Shown here: positions 50,135 through 60,682 of the stretch, in pieces
Layout of the letters: each line of letters opens with the position of its first letter
Numbering within the stretch: the stretch's first letter is position 1
Assembly (NCBI RefSeq): GCF_050920415.1
Contig: NZ_CP169309.1
Direction: 5' to 3' (one strand)
Length of the DNA: 64,000 bases
Source of the DNA: Escherichia coli
GTDB taxonomy: Bacteria; Pseudomonadota; Gammaproteobacteria; Enterobacterales; Enterobacteriaceae
Notes under the pieces: generated by a model
Seen by the model: only the letters and a program-made list of their open reading frames with translations
What the model was told of the DNA's origin: nothing
Database searches by the model: none
Translations under genes and position numbers: made by a program

Positions 50135-51301
50135 TTGAAACGCCGTCTTATTATTGCTGCTTCTTTGTTCGTTTTTAACTTATCGTCTGGTTTTGCGGCG
50201 GAAAACATTCCTTTTTCACCTCAGCCTCCAGAGATTCATGCCGGGTCCTGGGTACTGATGGATTACACCACCGGTCAGATTCTCACCGCGGGTAATGAGC
50301 ATCAACAGCGCAATCCCGCCAGCCTGACAAAGCTGATGACGGGCTATGTTGTGGATCGCGCTATCGATAGTCATCGCATTACGCCAGATGATATTGTCAC
50401 CGTGGGGCGCGATGCGTGGGCGAAAGATAATCCGGTGTTTGTCGGTTCTTCACTGATGTTTCTGAAAGAGGGCGATCGCGTATCGGTACGTGATTTAAGC
50501 CGTGGTTTAATTGTGGATTCCGGAAATGACGCTTGTGTTGCACTGGCTGACTATATTGCCGGTGGGCAACGGCAGTTTGTTGAAATGATGAACAACTATG
50601 CCGAGAAGCTGCATCTCAAGGATACGCATTTTGAAACAGTGCATGGTCTGGATGCACCTGGCCAGCATAGCTCGGCTTATGATTTAGCTGTGCTTTCTCG
50701 CGCTATCATCCACGGCGAGCCCGAGTTTTATCATATGTACAGTGAGAAAAGCCTCACCTGGAACGGTATTACCCAGCAAAACCGTAACGGGTTATTGTGG
50801 GATAAAACCATGAATGTTGACGGCCTGAAAACGGGTCATACTTCTGGTGCCGGGTTTAATCTCATTGCTTCGGCTGTGGATGGGCAGCGTCGTCTCATTG
50901 CAGTGGTAATGGGGGCTGACAGTGCAAAAGGTCGTGAGGAAGAGGCAAGAAAATTACTGCGTTGGGGGCAACAAAACTTTACTACAGTGAAAATTTTGCA
51001 CCGTGGGAAAAAGGTCGGGACGGAACGTATCTGGTATGGCGATAAAGAAACTATCGCCCTGGGAACGGAACAAGAGTTCTGGATGGTGCTACCTAAAGCC
51101 GAAATTCCACATATCAAAGCCAAATATACCCTTGATGGTAAAGAACTCACTGCGCCAATTAGCGCCCATCAGCGGGTAGGGGAAATTGAACTTTACGACC
51201 GTGATAAACAGGTGGCGCACTGGCCGCTGGTTACCCTGGAATCTGTCGGGGAAGGCAGCATGTTTTCCCGCCTGAGTGATTATTTCCACCATAAGGCCTG
51301 A
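50135..51301 (+). CDS. dacD: D-alanyl-D-alanine carboxypeptidase DacD (PBP6b)
   Basis: Probable TTG start (ttgctgttgaaacgccgt); signal peptide and SxxK-type serine peptidase (...NPASLTKLMT...). Confidence 0.88.
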   Translation: MKRRLIIAASLFVFNLSSGFAAENIPFSPQPPEIHAGSWVLMDYTTGQILTAGNEHQQRNPASLTKLMTGYVVDRAIDSHRITPDDIVTVGRDAWAKDNPVFVGSSLMFLKEGDRVSVRDLSRGLIVDSGNDACVALADYIAGGQRQFVEMMNNYAEKLHLKDTHFETVHGLDAPGQHSSAYDLAVLSRAIIHGEPEFYHMYSEKSLTWNGITQQNRNGLLWDKTMNVDGLKTGHTSGAGFNLIASAVDGQRRLIAVVMGADSAKGREEEARKLLRWGQQNFTTVKILHRGKKVGTERIWYGDKETIALGTEQEFWMVLPKAEIPHIKAKYTLDGKELTAPISAHQRVGEIELYDRDKQVAHWPLVTLESVGEGSMFSRLSDYFHHKA

Positions 51302-51419
51302 CCTTTCTTTTGCAGCAGACTGGCAGGAGTGCGAGTCTGCTCGCATAATCAACACTCATTCCTTGTGGTTTTAATATTGCAACTATGCTGTATATAAAAA
51401 CAGTATTAATGGAGGCGTC

Positions 51420-51893
51420 ATGAACTACGAGATTAAGCAGGAAGATAAACGTACCGTTGCAGGTTTCCATCTTGTTGGCCCGTGGGAGCAGACGGTAAAG
51501 AAAGGTTTTGAGCAGTTGATGATGTGGATAGATAGCAAAAATATTGTGCCGAAGGAGTGGGTTGCTGTCTATTACGACAATCCAGATGAAACACCCGCCG
51601 AAAAATTACGCTGCGACACCGTCGTGACGGTGCCGAATAACTTTACGCTCCCTGAAAACAGTGAGGGCATCATTCTGACAGAAATTTCAGGTGGTCAGTA
51701 TGCGGTGGCGGTGGCTCGTGTAGTCGGTGATGATTTTGCTAAACCCTGGTATCAGTTCTTTAATAGCCTCTTGCAGGACAGTGCTTATGAAATGTTACCA
51801 AAGCCCTGCTTTGAGGTTTATTTGAACAATGGCGCGGAAGAGGGGTACTGGGATATCGAAATGTATGTTGCGGTGCAGCCAAAACATCACTAA
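51420..51893 (+). CDS. sbmC: DNA gyrase inhibitor SbmC (GyrI)
   Basis: 157-aa [39 protein letters not shown]... Confidence 0.9.
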   Translation: MNYEIKQEDKRTVAGFHLVGPWEQTVKKGFEQLMMWIDSKNIVPKEWVAVYYDNPDETPAEKLRCDTVVTVPNNFTLPENSEGIILTEISGGQYAVAVARVVGDDFAKPWYQFFNSLLQDSAYEMLPKPCFEVYLNNGAEEGYWDIEMYVAVQPKHH

Positions 51894-52091
51894 TTCATCT
51901 CAGGGCGGTGTGTTAACGCGATGACCACTCTTTTTTTGAAAGCGAAAAGAGTAAGATGCGCCTTTCAAATTTTTCGCTCCTGCCGGGAAATTACACTGTT
52001 CCCGGTATGTCCGTCGGATAATTCAGAGGCGCGCCTTCTGGCCGACAGATGTGTTATGAGCGCTTTTAATCTTCATTAACGGAGTTTCTGC

Positions 52092-53150
52092 GTGCGTGCC
52101 GATAAGTCATTAAGCCCGTTTGAAATCCGGGTATACCGCCATTACCGCATTGTGCATGGTACTCGGGTCGCGCTGGCATTCCTGCTCACTTTTCTCATTA
52201 TCCGCCTGTTTACTATCCCGGAAAGCACCTGGCCGCTGGTCACCATGGTGGTGATTATGGGGCCAATCTCGTTCTGGGGTAACGTTGTCCCTCGCGCATT
52301 CGAACGTATTGGCGGTACGGTGTTGGGGTCGATTTTAGGTCTTATCGCTCTGCAACTGGAGTTAATCTCGTTACCGCTGATGTTAGTCTGGTGCGCGGCG
52401 GCTATGTTTCTTTGCGGTTGGCTGGCGCTGGGCAAGAAACCGTATCAAGGTTTATTGATTGGGGTGACGCTGGCAATTGTTGTTGGTTCCCCGACAGGTG
52501 AAATTGATACGGCGTTATGGCGAAGCGGCGATGTGATCCTCGGCTCTTTACTGGCAATGTTGTTTACCGGTATCTGGCCACAACGGGCGTTCATCCACTG
52601 GCGCATTCAACTGGCGAAAAGTCTGACCGAGTATAATCGGGTCTATCAATCTGCATTCTCACCGAACTTACTCGAACGCCCACGTCTGGAAAGCCATCTA
52701 CAAAAACTCCTGACCGATGCCGTGAAAATGCGTGGGCTGATTGCGCCCGCCAGCAAAGAAACCCGTATTCCCAAATCGATATATGAAGGTATCCAGACCA
52801 TTAATCGCAATCTGGTTTGTATGCTGGAGTTGCAAATCAATGCATACTGGGCCACGCGCCCCAGCCATTTCGTGTTATTGAACGCGCAAAAACTTCGTGA
52901 TACCCAGCACATGATGCAGCAAATACTGCTGAGCCTTGTTCATGCGCTGTACGAAGGTAATCCGCAGCCGGTTTTTGCCAATACGGAAAAATTGAACGAT
53001 GCTGTGGAAGAGCTGCGTCAGTTGCTCGATAACCACCATGACCTGAAGGTCGTGGAAACACCAATCTATGGCTATGTGTGGCTGAACATGGAAACGGCAC
53101 ATCAGCTTGAGTTGCTATCGAATCTGATTTGCCGGGCCTTGCGCAAATAA
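52092..53150 (+). CDS. yeeA: Inner-membrane protein YeeA (fusaric-acid-resistance/aromatic acid exporter-like)
   Basis: 352-aa ORF with TM N-terminal half; position after sbmC. Confidence 0.82.
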   Translation: MRADKSLSPFEIRVYRHYRIVHGTRVALAFLLTFLIIRLFTIPESTWPLVTMVVIMGPISFWGNVVPRAFERIGGTVLGSILGLIALQLELISLPLMLVWCAAAMFLCGWLALGKKPYQGLLIGVTLAIVVGSPTGEIDTALWRSGDVILGSLLAMLFTGIWPQRAFIHWRIQLAKSLTEYNRVYQSAFSPNLLERPRLESHLQKLLTDAVKMRGLIAPASKETRIPKSIYEGIQTINRNLVCMLELQINAYWATRPSHFVLLNAQKLRDTQHMMQQILLSLVHALYEGNPQPVFANTEKLNDAVEELRQLLDNHHDLKVVETPIYGYVWLNMETAHQLELLSNLICRALRK

Positions 53151-53321
53151 TTCCTGAACTTCAGAATCATCTTGCTGCTGCTTCGATTCAGCAAGGATAA
53201 AGGGTATGATAGTGAAAAGGGATAAAAGCATTGTCATCTGCGGCAGCTATGAGTAATGTTGGCCCTAACGAATAGCGGTTGCTTAAACGAATCCGACTCT
53301 CACATTATCAGGGGTATAAAA

Positions 53322-53651
53322 ATGGAAACTACCAAGCCTTCATTCCAGGATGTACTGGAATTTGTTCGTCTGTTCCGTCGTAAGAACAAACTGCAACGTG
53401 AAATTCAGGACGTTGAGAAAAAGATCCGTGACAACCAGAAGCGCGTCCTGCTGCTGGACAACCTGAGTGATTACATCAAGCCGGGGATGAGCGTTGAAGC
53501 AATCCAGGGCATCATCGCCAGCATGAAAGGTGACTATGAAGATCGCGTTGACGATTACATCATCAAAAATGCCGAGCTCTCCAAAGAACGCCGCGATATC
53601 TCCAAAAAGCTGAAAGCTATGGGCGAAATGAAAAACGGCGAAGCGAAGTAA
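53322..53651 (+). CDS. yeeX: UPF0265-family protein YeeX
   Basis: ATG at 53322 ([29 protein letters not shown]...) gives 109 aa. Confidence 0.85.
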   Translation: METTKPSFQDVLEFVRLFRRKNKLQREIQDVEKKIRDNQKRVLLLDNLSDYIKPGMSVEAIQGIIASMKGDYEDRVDDYIIKNAELSKERRDISKKLKAMGEMKNGEAK

Positions 53652-53751
53652 TTCCTGTTTTATTCAATGAGGGTTGCCCGGTAACCCTCATTGCTCATTG
53701 TTTCTTTTCTGTGTATCACCGTCATCATTCCCATCTGATAACCTATTGAAA

Positions 53752-54048
53752 TTAGCGATAGCCTTCTTCTGTATGCAGCAAGGCAAAAAGTTCTGCAACT
53801 CCATTGTTATTAACCGCACTGGTTACTAACACATTGTGCGCTCCAGCTTCCCGTAACCAACTTTTCACCAAAGATATTTGTTCCATACTGGCTAAATCTG
53901 CTTTGGTGACTACTCCAATGACCGGGCGATTCATTGACGAGGTAAAGCCTGGCGAAAAAGGTGACCACGGTGCGTCCGCATTAAGTACCAGCGCGATAAT
54001 GTCTGCTTCGCAGGCACTGACTAACAGAGCACTGTAGAGGCTGCGGTT
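53752..54048 (-). pseudogene. yoeF: EutP/PduV-family GTPase remnant lacking the N-terminal P-loop (yoeF-like)
   Basis: Stop-to-stop frame on the minus strand: ...[84 protein letters not shown]; has C-terminal EutP/PduV character but no GxxxxGKT/S. Confidence 0.6.
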
Positions 54049-54519
54049 TTATCGGTGAGGACTGGCAGCAAGATTTCCAGCCTTTTGACGGTGGGCCTGT
54101 GCAATCGTTATCAGATTCGTATAGCGATTATTCAGTGCTGCTATTGATAGCAGCTGAAAGCGAGATATCCGTACCAGAATAGCTCCCTCATTCTGAGGGA
54201 ACGACGGTAATTTTGATTGCAGAACACAATGCCCGTTTGCTGAATGGTCCGGCTGGTGGGGCTGTAGCATTAATCCATTATTTGAATGAAATCAGTCATG
54301 CCAGAGAAACCGCTGTCAATGACGCATTTTGTCGGACGTTAACACGAGGAAGTCTGGCTATTCCGCAATGCCATCTTCTTTCGTAATGGATTGAGAATGC
54401 TGGATTTTTAATTATATTACGCGCAGTATTAATCGCGTAAATGTTTTGCGGTCAGCAACAGTGGGGGAACCATTGTTCTGTTCAATGAATACCATCATAC
54501 AATTGAATCAGGAGTCGGT

Positions 54520-55065
54520 ATGATGATTTTGGTGACAGGTGGAGCACGGAGCGGGAAGAGTCGCCACGCAGAGGCGCTTATTGGGGACTCTTCACAGGTT
54601 CTGTATATCGCCACCTCGCAAATCCTTGATGATGAGATGGCTGCACGGATAGAACATCATCGGCAAGGCCGCCCGGCTCACTGGCGCACAGTGGAGCGCT
54701 GGCAACATCTTGATGAATTAATTCATGCAGACATTAACCCGAATGAGGCTGTGTTGCTGGAATGCGTTACCACAATGGTGACTAATCTGTTGTTTGATTA
54801 TGGCGGCGATAAAGACCCTGATGAATGGGATTATCAGGCGATGGAACAGGCGATTAATGCTGAGATTCAGTCGTTGATTGCTGCCTGCCAACGTTGCCCC
54901 GCAAAGGTTGTATTAGTGACTAACGAAGTGGGAATGGGGATTGTGCCGGAGAGTCGTCTGGCACGACATTTTCGTGATATTGCCGGGCGGGTAAATCAGC
55001 AGTTGGCCGCTGCGGCAAATGAAGTATGGCTGGTGGTTTCGGGTATTGGAGTAAAAATCAAATGA
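54520..55065 (+). CDS. cobU: Adenosylcobinamide kinase / adenosylcobinamide-phosphate guanylyltransferase
   Basis: 181-aa [25 protein letters not shown]... with P-loop. Confidence 0.93.
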   Translation: MMILVTGGARSGKSRHAEALIGDSSQVLYIATSQILDDEMAARIEHHRQGRPAHWRTVERWQHLDELIHADINPNEAVLLECVTTMVTNLLFDYGGDKDPDEWDYQAMEQAINAEIQSLIAACQRCPAKVVLVTNEVGMGIVPESRLARHFRDIAGRVNQQLAAAANEVWLVVSGIGVKIK

Positions 55066-55805
55066 GTAAATTATTTTGGGCGATGCTCTCATTTATTACG
55101 CGTCTGCCTGTACCGCGTCGCTGGTCCCAGGGACTGGATTTCGAGCATTATTCTCGCGGTATTATTGCTTTTCCTTTAATTGGATTATTGCTTGGCGCGA
55201 TTAGCGGGCTGGTCTTCATGGTGCTGCAGGCATGGTGTGGCGTACCACTGGCGGCATTGTTTAGCGTACTTGTGCTGGCGCTGATGACCGGGGGATTCCA
55301 CCTGGACGGCCTCGCTGATACCTGTGATGGCGTATTTTCTGCACGTAGCCGCGATCGCATGTTGGAAATCATGCGTGATAGCCGTTTAGGCACCCACGGC
55401 GGTCTGGCATTGATTTTTGTTGTACTGGCAAAGATTCTGGTGTTAAGCGAGCTGGCTTTGCGTGGCGAACCGATCCTTGCATCGCTGGCGGCAGCATGCG
55501 CGGTCAGCCGCGGGACTGCCGCATTATTGATGTATCGTCATCGTTATGCCCGAGAAGAAGGGCTTGGCAATGTGTTCATTGGCAAAATTGATGGGCGACA
55601 AACCTGCGTCACACTCGGTTTAGCCGCTATTTTTGCTGCCGTATTATTGCCTGGTATGCATGGCGTGGCTGCTATGTTGGTGACGATGGTGGCGATCTTC
55701 ATCCTCGGTCAGCTTCTCAAACGGACTCTGGGCGGGCAAACCGGCGATACGCTGGGAGCAGCCATAGAGCTTGGTGAACTGGTCTTCCTGCTGGCACTGC
55801 TATAA
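55062..55805 (+). CDS. cobS: Adenosylcobinamide-GDP ribazoletransferase (cobalamin synthase)
   Basis: ATG at 55062 ([18 protein letters not shown]...) gives 247 aa; membrane protein; start overlaps the cobU stop. Confidence 0.92.
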   Translation: MSKLFWAMLSFITRLPVPRRWSQGLDFEHYSRGIIAFPLIGLLLGAISGLVFMVLQAWCGVPLAALFSVLVLALMTGGFHLDGLADTCDGVFSARSRDRMLEIMRDSRLGTHGGLALIFVVLAKILVLSELALRGEPILASLAAACAVSRGTAALLMYRHRYAREEGLGNVFIGKIDGRQTCVTLGLAAIFAAVLLPGMHGVAAMLVTMVAIFILGQLLKRTLGGQTGDTLGAAIELGELVFLLALL

Positions 55806-55816
55806 AGAGACGTGAC

Positions 55817-56896
55817 ATGCAAACACTTGCCAATTTACTGAATACGATCCCTGCCATCGATCCTGCCGCTATGTCGCGTGCACAACGGCATATTGACGGG
55901 TTGCTCAAACCTGTTGGTAGCCTGGGAAGGCTGGAGGCGCTTGGCGTACAACTGGCGGGAATGCCGGGGTTGAATGGCATACCGCATGTGGGCAAAAAAG
56001 CGGTACTGGTTATGTGTGCCGATCACGGCGTCTGGGAGGAAGGGGTCGCTATTTCCCCAAAAGAAGTGACAGCCATTCAGGCTGAAAATATGACCCGCGG
56101 AACAACCGGCGTGTGTGTGCTGGCAGCACAAGCGGGCGCTTACGTCCACGTAATTGATGTTGGTATTGATACTGCTGAGCCTATCCCCGGGCTTATCAAC
56201 ATGCGTGTCGCACGAGGTAGCGGCAATATTGCTTCAGCTCCGGCAATGAGTCGCCGTCAGGCTGAAACGTTGCTTTTGGACGTCATATGCTATACGCGGG
56301 AGCTGGCAAAAAACGGTGTCACGCTGTTTGGTGTAGGTGAACTGGGGATGGCAAACACGACACCGGCAGCGGCGATAGTGAGCACAATCACTGGCCGGGA
56401 TCCTGAAGAAGTGGTTGGGATTGGCGCAAACCTGCCGACAGATAAACTGGCTAATAAAATTGATGTTGTGCGACGGGCGATTACGTTGAATCAACCAAAT
56501 CCGCAGGATGGCGTTGATGTCCTGGCAAAAGTGGGTGGATTTGATTTGGTCGGAATGGCTGCCGTGATGTTAGGCGCTGCGTCCTGCGGTTTACCGGTGT
56601 TGCTGGATGGATTTCTTTCTTATGCTGCCGCGCTCGCAGCCTGCCAGATGTCTCCTGCAATCAAACCGTATCTCATTCCTTCTCACCTGTCGGCAGAAAA
56701 AGGGGCGCGTATAGCGTTGTCGCATTTGGGGCTGGAGCCTTATCTCAATATGGATATGCGTTTAGGTGAGGGAAGTGGCGCAGCTCTGGCGATGCCCATC
56801 ATCGAAGCTGCCTGTGCGATATACAACAGCATGGGCGAACTTGCTGCCAGTAATATTGTTCTACCGGGGAATACGACTTCTGATTTGAACAGTTAA
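55817..56896 (+). CDS. cobT: Nicotinate-nucleotide--dimethylbenzimidazole phosphoribosyltransferase
   Basis: 359-aa [43 protein letters not shown]... Confidence 0.93.
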   Translation: MQTLANLLNTIPAIDPAAMSRAQRHIDGLLKPVGSLGRLEALGVQLAGMPGLNGIPHVGKKAVLVMCADHGVWEEGVAISPKEVTAIQAENMTRGTTGVCVLAAQAGAYVHVIDVGIDTAEPIPGLINMRVARGSGNIASAPAMSRRQAETLLLDVICYTRELAKNGVTLFGVGELGMANTTPAAAIVSTITGRDPEEVVGIGANLPTDKLANKIDVVRRAITLNQPNPQDGVDVLAKVGGFDLVGMAAVMLGAASCGLPVLLDGFLSYAAALAACQMSPAIKPYLIPSHLSAEKGARIALSHLGLEPYLNMDMRLGEGSGAALAMPIIEAACAIYNSMGELAASNIVLPGNTTSDLNS

Positions 56897-56957
56897 AAAC
56901 GAAAAGTCTGATAAAAGCTATACTTATCGGATAGTATTCGCGACTTAGGAAAGGGAC

Positions 56958-57640
56958 ATGATGCGTCGTGTAAATATTTTTTGCTCATTTGCTCTACTTT
57001 TTGCCAGCCATAATAGCCTGGCGGTAACTTATCCATTACCTCCAGAGGGTAGCCGTTTAGTGGGACAGTCGCTTACTGTAACTGTTCCTGATCACAATAC
57101 CCAGCCGCTGGAGACTTTTGCCGCACAATACGGGCAAGGGTTAAGTAACATGCTGGAAGCGAATCCGGGGGCTGATGTCTTCTTACCGAAGTCTGGCTCG
57201 CAACTCACCATTCCGCAGCAACTGATTTTGCCCGCCACTGTTCGTAAAGGGATTGTGATTAACGTCGCTGAGATGCGTCTTTATTACTACCCGCCAGACA
57301 GTAATACTGTGGAAGTCTTTCCTATTGGTATCGGCCAGGCTGGGCGAGAAACCCCGCGTAACTGGGTGACTACCGTTGAACGTAAACAAGAAGCACCAAC
57401 CTGGACGCCAACGCCGAACACCCGGCGCGAATATGCGAAACGAGGGGAGAGTTTGCCCGCATTTGTTCCTGCGGGGCCTGATAATCCCATGGGGCTGTAC
57501 GCGATTTATATTGGCAGGCTATATGCCATCCACGGTACCAATGCCAATTTTGGTATTGGGCTCCGGGTAAGTCAGGGCTGTATTCGTCTGCGCAATGACG
57601 ATATCAAATATCTGTTTGATAATGTTCCTGTAGGTACTCG
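56958..57640 (+). pseudogene. ldtA: L,D-transpeptidase LdtA (ErfK), 5' portion, interrupted by an IS element
   Basis: [36 protein letters not shown]... with the catalytic region (...[24 protein letters not shown]...); after ...NVPVGTR the frame runs into IS sequence. Confidence 0.85.
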
Positions 57641-57694
57641 TGAACCGCCCCGGAAATCCTGGAGACTAAACTTCCTGAGAAAGAGGTAAACAGG

Positions 57695-58021
57695 ATGACT
57701 AAAAATACTCGTTTTTCCCCCGAAGTCCGTCAACGCGCAGTTCGTATGGTTCTGGAAAGTCAGGGCGAATATGACTCACAATGGGCGGCAATTTGTTCCA
57801 TTGCTCCAAAGATTGGCTGTACGCCAGAGACTCTGCGTGTCTGGGTTCGCCAGCATGAGAGGGATACCGGGAGCGGTGATGGTGGGCTCACCACCGCTGA
57901 ACGTCAGCGTCTGAAAGAGCTGGAACGTGAAAATCGTGAACTGCGCCGCAGTAACGATATCCTTCGCCAGGCTTCCGCTTATTTTGCGAAGGCGGAGTTC
58001 GACCGCCTCTGGAAAAAATAA
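57695..58021 (+). CDS. IS3-family transposase OrfA (HTH DNA-binding)
   Basis: 108-aa [45 protein letters not shown]...; ends in the A-rich run ctggaaaaaataa at the orfA/orfB overlap. Confidence 0.9.
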   Translation: MTKNTRFSPEVRQRAVRMVLESQGEYDSQWAAICSIAPKIGCTPETLRVWVRQHERDTGSGDGGLTTAERQRLKELERENRELRRSNDILRQASAYFAKAEFDRLWKK

Positions 58022-58908
58022 TGCCACTGCTGGATAAGCTGCGTGAGCAGTACGGGGTCGGACCGGTATGCAGTGAACTGCATATTGCCCCGTCAACGTA
58101 TTACCATTGTCAGCAGCAGCGGCATCATCCTGATAAACGCAGTGCCCGTGCGCAGCGCGATGACTGGCTGAAGAGAGAGATACAGCGCGTATACGATGAA
58201 AATCATCAGGTGTACGGTGTGCGTAAAGTCTGGCGTCAGTTGTTACGGGAAGGAATCAGGGTGGCCAGATGTACAGTGGCGCGCCTCATGGCGGTTATGG
58301 GACTTGCCGGTGTTCTCCGGGGTAAAAAGGTCCGCACTACCGTCAGCCGGAAAACCGTTGCCACAGGTGACCGCGTAAACCGTCAGTTCGTGGCAGAACG
58401 TCCTGACCAGCTGTGGGTGGCTGATTTTACTTACGTCAGCACATGGCAGGGCTTCGTCTATGTGGCGTTCATCATTGATGTGTTTGCCGGATACATCGTG
58501 GGGTGGCGGGTCTCATCGTCTATGGAAACGACATTCGTGCTGGATGCGCTGGAGCAGGCGTTGTGGGCCCGTCGTCCGTCTGGCACCATCCATCACAGCG
58601 ATAAAGGCTCTCAGTATGTGTCACTGGCCTATACGGAGCGACTAAAAGAAGCAAAACTGCTGGCATCAACAGGGAGTACAGGCGACTCGTATGACAACGC
58701 GATGGCTGAGAGCATCAATGGTCTTTACAAAGCGGAGGTAATACACCGTAAGAGCTGGAAAAACCGTGCAGAAGTGGAACTGGCCACACTCACGTGGGTG
58801 GACTGGTATAACAATCGACGATTGCTGGGAAGGCTGGGCCATACTCCTCCGGCAGAAGCAGAAAAAGCTTATTATGCTTCCATCGGAAACAATGATCTGG
58901 CAGCCTGA
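58021..58908 (+). CDS. IS3-family transposase OrfB (DDE integrase domain), probably expressed as an OrfAB -1 frameshift fusion
   Basis: 295-aa ORF in the -1 frame relative to orfA; DDE/integrase-core motifs (...HHSDKGSQYVS...DNAMAESINGLYKAE...). Confidence 0.9.
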   Translation: MPLLDKLREQYGVGPVCSELHIAPSTYYHCQQQRHHPDKRSARAQRDDWLKREIQRVYDENHQVYGVRKVWRQLLREGIRVARCTVARLMAVMGLAGVLRGKKVRTTVSRKTVATGDRVNRQFVAERPDQLWVADFTYVSTWQGFVYVAFIIDVFAGYIVGWRVSSSMETTFVLDALEQALWARRPSGTIHHSDKGSQYVSLAYTERLKEAKLLASTGSTGDSYDNAMAESINGLYKAEVIHRKSWKNRAEVELATLTWVDWYNNRRLLGRLGHTPPAEAEKAYYASIGNNDLAA

Positions 58909-58950
58909 GTTCACAGATAAAACACTCTCCAGGAAACCCGGGGCGGTTCA

Positions 58951-59208
58951 ACTCGTGTACAAATTATTGATCAGCCAGTGAAATACACAACGGAACCGGA
59001 TGGATCAAAGTGGCTGGAAGTTCATGAGCCACTGTCGCGCAACCGTGCGGAATATGAGTCAGACCGAAAAGTGCCTTTGCCAGTAACGCCATCTTTGCGG
59101 ACGTTCATTAACGGGCAAGAAGTTGATGTGAATCGCGCAAATGCTGCATTGCAGCGCCGATCAGGAATGCCTGTGCAAATTAGTTCTGGTTCAAGACAGA
59201 TGTTTTAA
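58951..59208 (+). pseudogene. ldtA: L,D-transpeptidase LdtA (ErfK), 3' portion downstream of the IS insertion
   Basis: Continues the ldtA frame after the IS: (T)RVQIIDQPVKYTTEPDGSKWLEVHEPLSRNRAEYESDRKVPLPVTPSLRTFINGQEVDVNRANAALQRRSGMPVQISSGSRQMF*. Confidence 0.85.
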
Positions 59209-59221
59209 GAGCGTTGTTAAT

Positions 59222-59258
59222 TAGAAAGCAAAAAGCCTGCTCGAAAGCAGGCTTTTTT
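59222..59258. terminator. Rho-independent terminator (bidirectional) between ldtA and asnV
   Basis: aaaaagcctgctcgaaagcaggcttttttg hairpin with flanking A/T runs. Confidence 0.75.
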
Positions 59259-59263
59259 GAATT

Positions 59264-59339
59264 TGGCTCCTCTGACTGGACTCGAACCAGTGACATACGG
59301 ATTAACAGTCCGCCGTTCTACCGACTGAACTACAGAGGA
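59264..59339 (-). tRNA. asnV: tRNA-Asn (anticodon GUU)
   Basis: Reverse complement is TCCTCTGTAGTTCAGTCGGTAGAACGGCGGACTGTTAATCCGTATGTCACTGGTTCGAGTCCAGTCAGAGGAGCCA; cloverleaf with GTT anticodon and encoded CCA. Confidence 0.95.
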
Positions 59340-59592
59340 ATCGTGTGAACGGGGCGCATATTAATGGCAGTGCATGGTGATGTCAAAGGGTGAAATGCAT
59401 TTTTTTGTTTGTTTGCTGCCAATTTCGACAAAATGGTGAGCTTTCAATCTTTTTGGTAATGAACCATCGTGGTGCATACCTTTCTGTCTTGGGGCAGAGA
59501 ACGCGAGTTCTAATAAAAAGATCGAGTGACAAAACTATCATAATCTCTTATTTGACCGTTGGTTAGCTTGCATATCAACACAAAATTAAAAC

Positions 59593-59608
59593 TGGCAAGT
59601 ATCTTGCA
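59593..59608 (+). promoter_or_regulatory. Sigma-54 (-24/-12) promoter of nac
   Basis: TGGCAAGTATCTTGCA matches TGGCAC-N5-TTGCA spacing, about 55 bp upstream of the nac ATG; nac is known to be sigma54/NtrC-dependent. Confidence 0.8.
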
Positions 59609-59663
59609 ATCTGGTTGTAAGTAATGGCGGCACTTGGGCCGATTCTTATAAACCGGAGGCAAC

Positions 59664-60581
59664 ATGAACTTCAGACGCCTGAAATACTTCGTAAAAATTG
59701 TAGATATTGGTAGCCTGACCCAGGCTGCTGAAGTGTTGCATATCGCGCAACCCGCGCTCAGCCAGCAGGTTGCCACGCTGGAAGGTGAGTTGAATCAACA
59801 ACTTTTGATTCGCACAAAACGGGGCGTTACGCCAACAGACGCCGGAAAAATTCTCTATACCCATGCGCGGGCCATTTTACGTCAGTGTGAGCAGGCCCAA
59901 CTGGCGGTGCATAACGTTGGTCAGGCATTATCGGGGCAAGTCTCGATTGGCTTTGCACCAGGAACAGCGGCCTCATCTATCACCATGCCTTTATTGCAGG
60001 CGGTTCGCGCTGAATTCCCGGAAATTGTTATTTATCTCCATGAAAATAGCGGTGCTGTGCTCAACGAAAAACTGATAAGCCACCAACTCGATATGGCAGT
60101 AATTTATGAGCATTCTCCTGTGGCTGGTGTTTCCAGTCAGGCTTTGCTGAAAGAAGATCTTTTCCTGGTAGGAACGCAAGATTGCCCGGGGCAAAGCGTT
60201 GATGTTAATGCTATTGCGCAAATGAACCTCTTTCTCCCCAGCGATTACAGTGCCGTTAGACTTCGTGTTGATGAGGCTTTTTCCCTACGGCGACTCACGG
60301 CAAAAGTCATTGGTGAAATTGAGTCTATTGCCACGCTTACCGCAGCAATTGCCAGCGGCATGGGCGTTGCAGTATTACCCGAATCGGCCGCGCGTTCGTT
60401 ATGTGGCGCAGTAAACGGATGGATGTCACGCATTACCACACCTTCAATGAGTCTCTCTTTGTCATTAAATTTACCCGCCAGAGCGAACTTATCACCACAG
60501 GCGCAAGCAGTGAAAGAGTTGTTAATGTCAGTGATGAGTTCTCCAGTGATGGAAAAAAGGCAGTGGCAATTGGTGAGCTAA
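59664..60581 (+). CDS. nac: Nitrogen assimilation control protein Nac (LysR family)
   Basis: 305-aa ORF MNFRRLKYFVKIVDIGSLTQAAEVLHIAQPALSQQVATLE... Confidence 0.93.
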   Translation: MNFRRLKYFVKIVDIGSLTQAAEVLHIAQPALSQQVATLEGELNQQLLIRTKRGVTPTDAGKILYTHARAILRQCEQAQLAVHNVGQALSGQVSIGFAPGTAASSITMPLLQAVRAEFPEIVIYLHENSGAVLNEKLISHQLDMAVIYEHSPVAGVSSQALLKEDLFLVGTQDCPGQSVDVNAIAQMNLFLPSDYSAVRLRVDEAFSLRRLTAKVIGEIESIATLTAAIASGMGVAVLPESAARSLCGAVNGWMSRITTPSMSLSLSLNLPARANLSPQAQAVKELLMSVMSSPVMEKRQWQLVS

Positions 60582-60682
60582 GCGTTATATCGGGATGGAA
60601 TAAGATGCGGGTTTTTATTATTTGTTATGCCGGGCATTAAACTTTAACAATAACGTGATATCTGAACTGCCCGGAGTTTACC

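Larger units (their letters stand above)
57641..58950 (+). mobile_element. IS3-family insertion sequence (IS629/IS1203-like), 1310 bp, apparently intact
   Basis: Imperfect terminal inverted repeats tgaaccgccccgg(a/g)... at 57641 and ...ccggggcggttca at 58950; orfA and orfB in a -1 frame arrangement; flanked by a direct repeat ACTCG (57636-57640 and 58951-58955). Confidence 0.88.

Noticed and set aside
54049-54270. 73-aa minus-strand ORF upstream of the PduV-like remnant, in the same frame
   Set aside because: No P-loop or other EutP/PduV N-terminal motif and no recognisable domain; a stop codon separates it from the remnant, so it is not the missing N-terminus.
54040-54519. Possible cobalamin (B12) riboswitch upstream of cobU
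   Set aside because: No recognisable B12-box or conserved riboswitch core seen on either strand; the region more plausibly is deletion-scar DNA left by loss of pdu/cbi.
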